Below, one piece after another: positions 29,851-38,573 of a stretch of 64,000 bases of DNA (positions are counted from its first letter, which is position 1; each line of letters begins with the position of its first letter). Both the position numbers and the translations under genes were made by a program. Source of the DNA: Methanomethylovorans hollandica DSM 15978 (lineage in GTDB: Archaea > Halobacteriota > Methanosarcinia > Methanosarcinales > Methanosarcinaceae); contig NC_019977.1 of NCBI RefSeq assembly GCF_000328665.1, forward strand, positions 434,001 to 498,000. The letters run 5' to 3'. Below the pieces are notes generated by a model. It did no database searches. It had not been told where the DNA came from and worked only from the letters and a program-made list of their open reading frames with translations.

Positions 29851-31143
29851 ATGTCAGGGCTTGGTGACAAGATCAAGAACATACGTTCTCTTCTGAAAAA
29901 AGGAGGAAAAAATAGATCGATCAATTCTCCTTTTAGTGGTAACTCTGATCCTTTTTCCAGTGCCCCCCCAGGTTTTGGACTGGCACCTGATATTTCAGCT
30001 GGAATGTCTTTTTCTCCGGGTGTCCCATCTCCTCCTGGTATGCCTGCAGGTCTCTCCTTTCCTCCTAAGTCTGGCCAGGTAAATCCATCAGGTATTTTCC
30101 CTCTGGGAATGCAGTCTCCGGCAGAGAAACCATCAGTTGATGCTGCAGCACTGGAGGCTAATAACAAGAAAATAAAAGAGATAGAAGGCAAAATAGCAAA
30201 ATCAGAAGTTAGCCTTTCAATGCTGCAGAAGGAAAATGAAGAAGTAGGTAAAACAGTGGCAAAGATGGATAAAAACATCCTTGAATTGCTATCTTTATAT
30301 GAGATCGTTTCAAATCAGGTGAACCCTTTTGTAGGTGATGATACTGGCAGCAGGGCAACATTAGAAAGATTCGACAAGACTGAAAAAAGGATCAATGAAG
30401 TAGGCAATATGCTTGTGATGCTAAAGAATGACCTCGATTCTTTCTCACAGCGCATAAGTTCTTCAGGGTCTACAGACTCAGTTGGTGAAAAGCTACAGGA
30501 TATGGAAACAAAGTTCGATGCTTTTGCTGATGCAATGGCTATGATGCATGAGAGCATCAATAACCTTTCTGCACGAACCGAGGAACTAAGTGACAAAAAT
30601 ATTATCGTAGATACTAGCATCCTTGAACTCTCAGAAACTATCAGCAAGATCTCCCTCAGAGTTGAAGATATAGAAAAAAATGGGGCTAAAACGCTAAAAA
30701 ATCAGGCATCTACCCCTACATGTTCAGAGCATACTCTTCCAGAAAATTCAGACATAACCGGTCAGGAGAAATTCAAAGAGATGAATTCTCTTGTAAGACT
30801 TGATGTCATACGCCAAGATCCTACAAGCGTTGTTGTGCTCCTCAACTGGATAGAATTCCTGATGGAAAGGGTGGGGCGAAATAACCTGATGGACGCCCTT
30901 GATTACTATGTTGATATTGGCTGGATCAGTGATAATGTACGGTCCGAGATCATGGCCTATGCAAGGGGGATCGACTATTACGTTGAGAAACCTACCTGGC
31001 GCCTTCTCCCAGAGGACCATACGAAATCCCTGCTGTTCATTGAGAGGCTATGTGGCCGCAAGATAGACAAGAACATGCTGAGTAGCATTGATAGGGAGAT
31101 GTCAAAGGTCAAGCATGGACTGGAGGAACTTTATGGGCTTTGA
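29851..31143 (+). CDS. arlD: Archaellum accessory protein ArlCDE (FlaD/E family)
   Basis: LLSLYEIVSNQVNPFV (ArlC-like), coiled coil, and the ArlD/E domain WIEFLMERVG...LDYYVDIGWIS...DHTKSLLFIE. Confidence 0.86.
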   Translation: MSGLGDKIKNIRSLLKKGGKNRSINSPFSGNSDPFSSAPPGFGLAPDISAGMSFSPGVPSPPGMPAGLSFPPKSGQVNPSGIFPLGMQSPAEKPSVDAAALEANNKKIKEIEGKIAKSEVSLSMLQKENEEVGKTVAKMDKNILELLSLYEIVSNQVNPFVGDDTGSRATLERFDKTEKRINEVGNMLVMLKNDLDSFSQRISSSGSTDSVGEKLQDMETKFDAFADAMAMMHESINNLSARTEELSDKNIIVDTSILELSETISKISLRVEDIEKNGAKTLKNQASTPTCSEHTLPENSDITGQEKFKEMNSLVRLDVIRQDPTSVVVLLNWIEFLMERVGRNNLMDALDYYVDIGWISDNVRSEIMAYARGIDYYVEKPTWRLLPEDHTKSLLFIERLCGRKIDKNMLSSIDREMSKVKHGLEELYGL

Positions 31144-31564
31144 GATATCGGCAGTAGTGGCCATCTTTTTTGTGTCTGTCATGGTCATAGCCGCCATGTC
31201 ATATACAACTATCAGTTCTTCCAATGAGTTGCTTTCGGTTTCTACTGACGAGCACTACTCACTTGTCAATAAGAAACTACAGACAGATATACAAATTGTT
31301 GATTCAAGTGCTATAATCCACAATTCAACTTACCAGCTGTCTCTGGAGGTTCTCAATACAGGCAGTGAAACTTTGAGATCGGATGAGATAGATATACTGG
31401 TAGATGGTGTTTATATGTATCATTCAACTTCAAGTGCCACAGTCATATGGACCCCAGAAACTTCAGTGGTCTTGAACATCTACGATCTATCAGGTTTTGG
31501 CGGCCACAGATTAAAAGTGGTGACTGAGAATGGGATATGTGATTATTATTCTTATAACATTTGA
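31133..31564 (+). CDS. arlF: Archaellum protein ArlF
   Basis: MGFEISAVVAIFF TM segment, NTGS, ILVDG, WTP, KVVTENG. ATG 31133 follows GGAGG. Confidence 0.8.
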   Translation: MGFEISAVVAIFFVSVMVIAAMSYTTISSSNELLSVSTDEHYSLVNKKLQTDIQIVDSSAIIHNSTYQLSLEVLNTGSETLRSDEIDILVDGVYMYHSTSSATVIWTPETSVVLNIYDLSGFGGHRLKVVTENGICDYYSYNI

Positions 31565-31617
31565 GCACCTTGTTTTAGGAATTAATATATACTAATAATT
31601 ATATATTATTTTTCAGT

Positions 31618-32151
31618 ATGGTCGATCTTCCCAAAGTTGACAGAAAAGTACTCACTACAGGGCAATTTAGCAAGTTATTTGCAGACGTTACAGGTGAAAC
31701 TGCTATTACTCATATGATATTCTTCATAGCAGCTGTTGTCATAGCCATGGGAGTTGTTGCTGTGCTTTCCGTCAACATCCAGTCGCTTACGGGAGCTACA
31801 CATTCAGAAAGTAAGGTCCTATCCGATCAGATTCGCACAGATATTACGATAATAAATGACCCGGAAATAGTACCTTACGACAGTTTCGGAAAACGTTATA
31901 CCTTTTATGCAAAGAACACAGGAAGTTCAGAGCTTAATACAGAGTTTATTACCGTCCTGGTGGATGGAATGCTCATAGAGCCTGCGGATATGCAGGTCAG
32001 CATAATAGACGGGGACGTCTTATGGCGTCCAGGGAATGTGCTGGTTGTCAATGTAACAATGTCATTGTCTCTTGGTCCCGGAGATCATCGTGTTATGATA
32101 GCTGCTGAAAATGGAAAGAGTGGCTACATGAGCTTTAAAACAAGAACGTGA
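31618..32151 (+). CDS. arlG: Archaellum protein ArlG
   Basis: THMIFFIAAVVIA, TDITIINDP, YAKNTG, VLVDG, WRPG. Confidence 0.82.
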   Translation: MVDLPKVDRKVLTTGQFSKLFADVTGETAITHMIFFIAAVVIAMGVVAVLSVNIQSLTGATHSESKVLSDQIRTDITIINDPEIVPYDSFGKRYTFYAKNTGSSELNTEFITVLVDGMLIEPADMQVSIIDGDVLWRPGNVLVVNVTMSLSLGPGDHRVMIAAENGKSGYMSFKTRT

Positions 32152-32160
32152 GGTGTACAT

Positions 32161-32856
32161 TTGGCAGATGTTTATTCATTCAGTATTACAAGAGACGAGT
32201 TCAATGACAAGCTGGGGGGAGGTTTTCCATCGGGTTCATTTGTCGTGATAGAAGGTGGTAGCGGAGGGGGAAAAAGTACCATTACCCAGCGTCTGACATA
32301 TGGGTTTATAGAGAACAAGACCAGTGTAACTCTGGTCTCTACACAGCTTACTACCAAAGGATTCATAAACCAGATGTATTCTCTTGATTATCCTATTGCT
32401 CCTTATCTTCTGAACGGGACCCTGCTCTACATACCCGTCATTCCTCTTGTTCAGGCTGCGAAATCCAGGCTGGACTTTGTTGAAAGACTGATGAGCGCAG
32501 AAGAACTCTTCGATAAAGATGTGATCATAATAGACACAATATCATCTCTTATCAAATACAGCGCAAATATTGAAAAAAGCCTGGACCTTATTTCCTTTTT
32601 CAAGAAACTGAATGGCATAGGCAAAGTGATCATTCTGACAATAGAACCCAGCCAGCTCAGTGAAGAAATAACTTCCATGTTCAGGTCAAGTTGTGATATA
32701 TATATCACGCTGAAGTCCAGACCCATGGCCAATGAGGTCAAGAGAACTGTAGTTGTCAATAAGTTCACTGGTGCTAAGGGGCCTGTAGGACAGATCATAG
32801 GTTTCAGGATCGAACCCAAAGTTGGTCTGGTAGTGGAGATAGCTTCTGTTTCATGA
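32161..32856 (+). CDS. arlH: Archaellum KaiC-like ATP-binding protein ArlH
   Basis: KLGGGFP, Walker A GGSGGGKS, IIIDT, FRIEPKVG; TTG start. Confidence 0.92.
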   Translation: MADVYSFSITRDEFNDKLGGGFPSGSFVVIEGGSGGGKSTITQRLTYGFIENKTSVTLVSTQLTTKGFINQMYSLDYPIAPYLLNGTLLYIPVIPLVQAAKSRLDFVERLMSAEELFDKDVIIIDTISSLIKYSANIEKSLDLISFFKKLNGIGKVIILTIEPSQLSEEITSMFRSSCDIYITLKSRPMANEVKRTVVVNKFTGAKGPVGQIIGFRIEPKVGLVVEIASVS

Positions 32857-32873
32857 TATAGGAGGTTATATGA

Positions 32874-34532
32874 ATGGATGCTGATTTCCAGAAAGCTATA
32901 CAAAGGAATCCTCATCTTGGTGAGTATATAGATAAATTCAAGAAAGAAAAAGGTCAGGATGCAGAGCCGCAGTTTCTTGTAAGTCTTTCAAAGGACATTG
33001 AAAGTGATAATATCAATATCATCCTTCCTGTGGGGGATCCTATATTCATCCACATTTATGGAACTCCTGAAATGGGTGAAATAAAATACTATGCCATAGA
33101 ACCCGGTCTTTCGGAGAAAGAAAAGAAGAAATATGATATTATCATGAGCCTTATCCTGGAAAAATCTGCACAGGAGCCGATACCACAATCAGAAACGGAG
33201 CTTAAAGAACTGATCACTAAACTATTGAACAGCTCAATAGAAGTGGGTGTGGGAGGCGATCTCAAAGATGGGAAGCAAGGGCCAGGTGTTATTCAAAAAC
33301 TTATTCCGGTGAAGAAAAAAGTAGCATTGAACCAACAGGAGTATAATAAAATCCTTTATTATATTGAAAGGAATATCATTGGTTCAGGTCCCATCGAACC
33401 TATTATCAGGGATCCGTATCTTGAGGATATCCACAGCATAGGTGTAAGTGGTGTTTTTATTGTTCACAAGATATTCGGTATGCTTCAGACAGATATCACT
33501 TTTGGGGATGAGGCAGGTCTTGATAGCTGGTTGCGCAGTATGAGTGAACGGATAGGCCGACCTGTAAGCGATGCTCGTCCTATTGCTGACGGTGCCCTTC
33601 CGGATGGTTCGCGTATTAACATCATCTACAGTCCGGATATCAGCCGCAGAGGCAGCAGTTTCACAATGCGTAAGTTCATGGAAGTCCCTGTGAGCGTTGT
33701 CCAGCTCATAAAATGGGGTGCTCTCAGTGCCGAGATGGCAGCTTATATGTGGATATGTCTGGAGAACGGGCAAAGTATTTTCTTCAGTGGTGAAACAGCA
33801 AGTGGTAAGACCACAATGCTGAATGCATGTCTATGTTTTGTAAATCCTAAAGCTAAGATCTACACGGCAGAAGATACGGCAGAAGTGCAGCCCCCACAGC
33901 CTGTATGGCAACAGCTGATCACACGTGAGGATGGTCCCGTGGATTCCAGGGTAGACACTTTTGTACTGCTGAAAGCTGCGCTGCGTTCAAGGCCTAACTA
34001 TATCATAGTAGGTGAGATCCGTGGGGTGGAAGGAGCAGTAGCTTTCCAGGGTATGCAGACCGGACACCCTGTGATGGCAACTTTTCATGCATCAGCAGTG
34101 AGCAAGATGATACAGCGTCTTACAGGTGATCCCATAAATGTACCTGTAACCTTCATTGATAACCTTAATGTTGCTATGATCCTTTCTGCAGTGTACAGGA
34201 AAGGTAAATTCCTTAGGCGTTGCCTTGCTATTGAGGAGCTGGAAGGATATTATAAAGAAGCTGGTGGTGTGGTCACTAGGGCTGTTTTCCAATGGGACCC
34301 CGAGACTGACAGACACAATTTCAGAGGCCTTAACAACAGCTTTATTCTGGAAAACAGAATAGCCGTCAAATTGGGTTATGATGACAAGCGCAAGATATAC
34401 CAGGATCTGTTCTTACGTGCAAGGATATTGAATGAAATGCGCTCCAGGGGCATAGAGGAATATTATGAGGTACTGGACTTGATAATCAATTTCTATAAAC
34501 ATGGCATTGAAGGATTGCCGTTCTCAGTATAA
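32874..34532 (+). CDS. arlI: Archaellum assembly/motor ATPase ArlI
   Basis: DPYLEDI, Walker A GETASGKTT, LRSRPNYIIVGEIRG, QTGHPVMATFHA. Confidence 0.95.
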   Translation: MDADFQKAIQRNPHLGEYIDKFKKEKGQDAEPQFLVSLSKDIESDNINIILPVGDPIFIHIYGTPEMGEIKYYAIEPGLSEKEKKKYDIIMSLILEKSAQEPIPQSETELKELITKLLNSSIEVGVGGDLKDGKQGPGVIQKLIPVKKKVALNQQEYNKILYYIERNIIGSGPIEPIIRDPYLEDIHSIGVSGVFIVHKIFGMLQTDITFGDEAGLDSWLRSMSERIGRPVSDARPIADGALPDGSRINIIYSPDISRRGSSFTMRKFMEVPVSVVQLIKWGALSAEMAAYMWICLENGQSIFFSGETASGKTTMLNACLCFVNPKAKIYTAEDTAEVQPPQPVWQQLITREDGPVDSRVDTFVLLKAALRSRPNYIIVGEIRGVEGAVAFQGMQTGHPVMATFHASAVSKMIQRLTGDPINVPVTFIDNLNVAMILSAVYRKGKFLRRCLAIEELEGYYKEAGGVVTRAVFQWDPETDRHNFRGLNNSFILENRIAVKLGYDDKRKIYQDLFLRARILNEMRSRGIEEYYEVLDLIINFYKHGIEGLPFSV

Positions 34533-34543
34533 AGGTGTGTGTG

Positions 34544-36196
34544 ATGTACAGTAAGGCGTTTAATTGCATGGACACGGAACCGGCAACTTATTTAAAAAGG
34601 TTTGCCATACCGATCATTGCATTTGGTTTTATATTTTCTTTTTTACTTTATACTGCCCTTCCCAGTTTATTTCAGGGGAGTACAAAGGCTATTCCTATTC
34701 TGATCCCCGTAATTTGCATACTCTTTGCAGTGTATTATCCTCTTTCTATCTATGGGGGCCAGGCATCACGCATTGATAACAATATGCATTACTATATCAC
34801 TCAAATGGGTTCTATCGCAACCGCTGAAACTTCAAGACTTGATATAATAAGGATAGTTTCCGAAAACGAGGAGTACAAGGAGTTAGCCACGGAAACAAAA
34901 AAGATCTACAACCTTGTTACTGTGTGGAACATGAGCCTTGCGGAAGCATGCAGGTTCATCTCCAAAAGAACCCCTTCTGTAATATTCGAGGACTTTCTCG
35001 ATAGATTAGCCCACGGATTACAGTCAGGAGAAAATATAAAAACATTTCTTTTTGCAGAGCAGAATGTTGTAATGAATGAATATGAGTCCATGTACAACAG
35101 TGCTATGTACAATGTTGAAATAATCAAGGAACTCTTCGTTTCCCTTGTAATGTCTCTCATATTCCTTGCTTCTTTTGCTGTCATCATGCCCGTGATAACA
35201 GGCATGGATGCTGTACTTCTCATGTCAATGGTGGTAGCAACGTTCATAGTAACGGATGTTGTCATCCTTTTGTTTACAAAAGGCAAGGTACCAAAGGACC
35301 CTCTGTGGAGCAGTTCTCGTATCATCCCGGATTATAAGATAAAGTTATACCGCTCGATACCGATCTCGATAGGTGCTTGTATTATAATTACCATTATAGT
35401 CATAATTTACGGAAAAATTATCACACCCATTGCCATTGCACTTTGCTTAACTCCTCTAATGTACACAGGAAAGGTATGTCGTAAGATCGAAAAGAGCATC
35501 CGACGCAGGGATGAAAATTTTCCTGCTTTTATAAGGTCTCTTGGAAGCTCGGCAGGTGCCAGAGGTGGAGTGATAGATGAGGCTTTGAAAGCATTACGTA
35601 TCCATGACTTTGGTCCTCTTACCAAGGATGTGAACGAATTGTATAAGAGACTTAACACAAGGATAGATAAGTTCAAATCATGGGAATTCTTTTCAGCAAA
35701 TACGGGCAGTCATCTTATCCAGAGATTCTGCGTTATGTTCGTTGAGGCAACTAACCTTGGAGGCAAACCTGAGATAATAGGTGACATCATAGCTGCGAAT
35801 TTCCACAGGATAGTAACTCTTAGGAAAAAGAGGGTGCAGTCTGCCTCAAGCCTTGTAGGGGTCCTTTACGGTCTTACTGCTGGAATCGGTTTTACAATGT
35901 ATATCTCTTTGGGTGTGATCGACCTGATGCAGAGCATGTTCTCCAGTGTGGAAATGCCTGCAGGGATGTCCATGGGCATGATTCTCTATACAAATGTAGG
36001 GGACATAGAAGTCCTTTCAATGATGGTGCTCTTGATTATGATAGCACATTCCCTGATGTCTGCCATCCTTATCCGAGTGGTGGACGGAGGTCATATACTC
36101 AGTTCTACCATCGATTTTGTGATAATGGTGTGGATATCAGGAATCACAGCTATGGTCACCAGGACTGCGATCTGGTCTCTCCTGGGTATGGGCTGA
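34544..36196 (+). CDS. arlJ: Archaellum membrane platform protein ArlJ
   Basis: Polytopic protein with two TadC/GspF-like cytoplasmic domains (DFLDRLA, FPAFIRSLG, DFGPL); follows arlI. Confidence 0.92.
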   Translation: MYSKAFNCMDTEPATYLKRFAIPIIAFGFIFSFLLYTALPSLFQGSTKAIPILIPVICILFAVYYPLSIYGGQASRIDNNMHYYITQMGSIATAETSRLDIIRIVSENEEYKELATETKKIYNLVTVWNMSLAEACRFISKRTPSVIFEDFLDRLAHGLQSGENIKTFLFAEQNVVMNEYESMYNSAMYNVEIIKELFVSLVMSLIFLASFAVIMPVITGMDAVLLMSMVVATFIVTDVVILLFTKGKVPKDPLWSSSRIIPDYKIKLYRSIPISIGACIIITIIVIIYGKIITPIAIALCLTPLMYTGKVCRKIEKSIRRRDENFPAFIRSLGSSAGARGGVIDEALKALRIHDFGPLTKDVNELYKRLNTRIDKFKSWEFFSANTGSHLIQRFCVMFVEATNLGGKPEIIGDIIAANFHRIVTLRKKRVQSASSLVGVLYGLTAGIGFTMYISLGVIDLMQSMFSSVEMPAGMSMGMILYTNVGDIEVLSMMVLLIMIAHSLMSAILIRVVDGGHILSSTIDFVIMVWISGITAMVTRTAIWSLLGMG

Positions 36197-36221
36197 TTAA
36201 GAGCAGTCTGAAATCTTGTCC

Positions 36222-37220
36222 TCAGCCAATAAGTTGTTTAACGCGCTCTGCTATTGTGTTTCCTACTTCTCTTGTTGTGGATATGCCTCCCAGATCAGGT
36301 GTGACTATGTTCTGGTTTATAGCAAATTCTATGGCATCCTGTACCAGTTTTGCCTGGTGGTTCAATTCATACCACTCCAGCATCATTTTCAGGCTTAGGA
36401 TAGCAGCTATGGGGTTAGCTATGCCTTTTCCGGCAATATCGGGTGCACTTCCGTGTACAGGCTCAAAGAACGCATGTCCTTTGCCAATATTCGCACTTGG
36501 TACCAGTCCAAGTCCCCCGACCAGGGCAGCAGCCATATCGCTAAGTATATCCCCGAACAGGTTAGTGGTCACTACGACATCGTACCTGTTAGGGTGTACG
36601 ATAAGGTTGTAAGCCATGGAATCTACTAGGGTGTCGTGGTGATCTATGTGATATGAAGAGGCTGTCTGACGACATACGTCCAGGAACAACCTATCAGATT
36701 TAAGCACATTGGACTTATGGGCTATTTCCAGGCGATGCTGCCTGCTTTTGGCAAGTTTGCAGGCATAATCGGCTATCCTTGCAGACCCTTTGCGGGTAAT
36801 TACCCTTTTAGTGTATGCAACGTCTTCATGGAGCTCCTCTATGCCGGAATACATGCCCTCTGTGTTCTCCCTCACGATCACCAGGTTAAAATCACTTCGC
36901 CCTGTGACACCCACAATGCCATTTATGGGCTTTATAGGACGAATGTTAGCGTACATATCAAGCTCCTTTCGTATTGTAAGGAGTACACTCTTATAAGTAG
37001 GGTCAGAAGGTGTTGTTATAGCCCCAAATAAGATGCAATCGCACTCCTTCAGGACTGCAAGGTCATCATCGGTGATAGCAGAGCCTGTCTTTTCCCATTT
37101 TGCATATCCGAGTTCCACAGGTACTTTTTCCACAGGCAGGGCGAGTACATCCAGTACTTCTATCGCTGCAGGTATGACCTCTTTGCCGATCCCATCTCCT
37201 TCCACAACTGCAATTTTCAT
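36222..37220 (-). CDS. aksF: Isocitrate/isopropylmalate dehydrogenase family, probably homoisocitrate dehydrogenase AksF
   Basis: GDGIGKEV, RENTEG.Y, HKSNV, NLFGDILSD, EPVHGSAPDIAG. AksF rather than LeuB is inferred from the linked YLRT-type small subunit. Confidence 0.7.
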   Translation of the reverse strand: MKIAVVEGDGIGKEVIPAAIEVLDVLALPVEKVPVELGYAKWEKTGSAITDDDLAVLKECDCILFGAITTPSDPTYKSVLLTIRKELDMYANIRPIKPINGIVGVTGRSDFNLVIVRENTEGMYSGIEELHEDVAYTKRVITRKGSARIADYACKLAKSRQHRLEIAHKSNVLKSDRLFLDVCRQTASSYHIDHHDTLVDSMAYNLIVHPNRYDVVVTTNLFGDILSDMAAALVGGLGLVPSANIGKGHAFFEPVHGSAPDIAGKGIANPIAAILSLKMMLEWYELNHQAKLVQDAIEFAINQNIVTPDLGGISTTREVGNTIAERVKQLIG

Positions 37221-38083
37221 TGATCATCACCCTGTTCTTTCTTTATCTGCTGTACAAGTTCCCGTATCGCTACTGCTATCTGGAACTCCGAAGCTCCCCA
37301 GTGGACCACGGTTCCTTTTATTCCATTGATCGTAGCAAGGCCTGATCTTTCGGACAAGCAGCATCTTGTAATGAAAGGCCTCTGGGGTGTGTAAATATCA
37401 GAACGGAATGGGCAGATGTTAATGAAATCATATTGAAGTCCAGGGAATCTTGATTCGAAGAGTTTCCGGGAGATCTCACAACCTACAAGTAATGATCCAT
37501 CCCCGGTAACAATGTCAGAGTCGAGGCATTTCCCTTTAAGTCCTGATGAAGAACATGGGAAAACGGTTTTTTCTCCTTCGAACTGTCTCAGGTCCTTCAT
37601 GTTCTCGTTAAACCGTATGCTCAGGTCTCCAAAGATACCGCTTGCCTCAAGTTTTCTGATCATAAGGCTAAGCCAGGAGGGCTCAGGTGGAACCACATCT
37701 ACAATCTCAAGGTCGATTATTTCAGAGAGGTCCGGTGCGTGCACAAATGTAACATGTCTGTCGAGCCCTGTAAAGATGACTGTATTTACATCTGCCTTAC
37801 AAAGTTCTGAAGCTTTCTCTATAAGAAGCCGTCTATCTTTGATATTCAATAACGCATCATACTTGAGAACCTGTTTTCCGGAGGCTAAAAGTTCGATCTT
37901 TGTGACCTTTCTTAACAGTTCTTCTCCGGTGTGCTCAACCCGATACACTGAGTACTCTTTATCAATATCAGTGAGCTGTTCTACTATGATATACCGGCTT
38001 AGGAAATATACAGGTTCGTCATCTGCATCGTCAGGATGTATCCCGGTAACTCCCACGTACTTGTACTCTTCAGGGAATATCAT
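37217..38083 (-). CDS. Uncharacterised Cys-rich protein
   Basis: 288 aa with VFPC, KCLD, VGCEIS, NICP, TRCC and VHWG; its stop overlaps the aksF start (ATGA). Confidence 0.8.
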   Translation of the reverse strand: MIFPEEYKYVGVTGIHPDDADDEPVYFLSRYIIVEQLTDIDKEYSVYRVEHTGEELLRKVTKIELLASGKQVLKYDALLNIKDRRLLIEKASELCKADVNTVIFTGLDRHVTFVHAPDLSEIIDLEIVDVVPPEPSWLSLMIRKLEASGIFGDLSIRFNENMKDLRQFEGEKTVFPCSSSGLKGKCLDSDIVTGDGSLLVGCEISRKLFESRFPGLQYDFINICPFRSDIYTPQRPFITRCCLSERSGLATINGIKGTVVHWGASEFQIAVAIRELVQQIKKEQGDDQ

Positions 38084-38091
38084 TACAACCT

Positions 38092-38571
38092 CTATTTTTT
38101 CCCCATCATGGATCTGCGGTGGGCTACAAGTCCTCCATCATTGAGTATTTCAAGAAGGAAATCTGGCAGTTTATTACCTGAATATTGTTTTCCATTCACG
38201 GTGGCCTTTCCGTTTTCCAGGTCAACTTCTATCTCATCTCCTTCCTGGCACTGCACATCGGCTTCCATCAGAGGGAGTCCAACGTTTATGGCATTGCGGA
38301 AGAAAATCCTCCCGAAGGATCTGGCCACAACACAGGCAACTCCTGCAAATTTGAGGGCAAGGGCAGCCTGTTCCCTTGAAGAGCCGCATCCGAAGTTATT
38401 GCCGCCTACTACTATATCCCCGGGTTTTATCTTTTTGGAAAAATCAGGGTCTATACCTTCCATTGCATGATCAGCGAACACCTGCATATCCGTAGTGCGG
38501 AGATATTTTCCAGGTATTATTACGTCTGTATCGATATCGTCTCCAAATACCCATACTTTTCCTTTAATCAT
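38092..38571 (-). CDS. hacB: Homoaconitase small subunit (LeuD family)
   Basis: [37 protein letters not shown]. The YLRT loop is the methanogen homoaconitase-type signature. Confidence 0.8.
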   Translation of the reverse strand: MIKGKVWVFGDDIDTDVIIPGKYLRTTDMQVFADHAMEGIDPDFSKKIKPGDIVVGGNNFGCGSSREQAALALKFAGVACVVARSFGRIFFRNAINVGLPLMEADVQCQEGDEIEVDLENGKATVNGKQYSGNKLPDFLLEILNDGGLVAHRRSMMGKK

Positions 38572-38573
38572 TT

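Noticed and set aside
37512..38470. 210-aa and 144-aa plus-strand ORFs
   Set aside because: Antisense to well-supported minus-strand operon genes; Ser-rich shadow frames.
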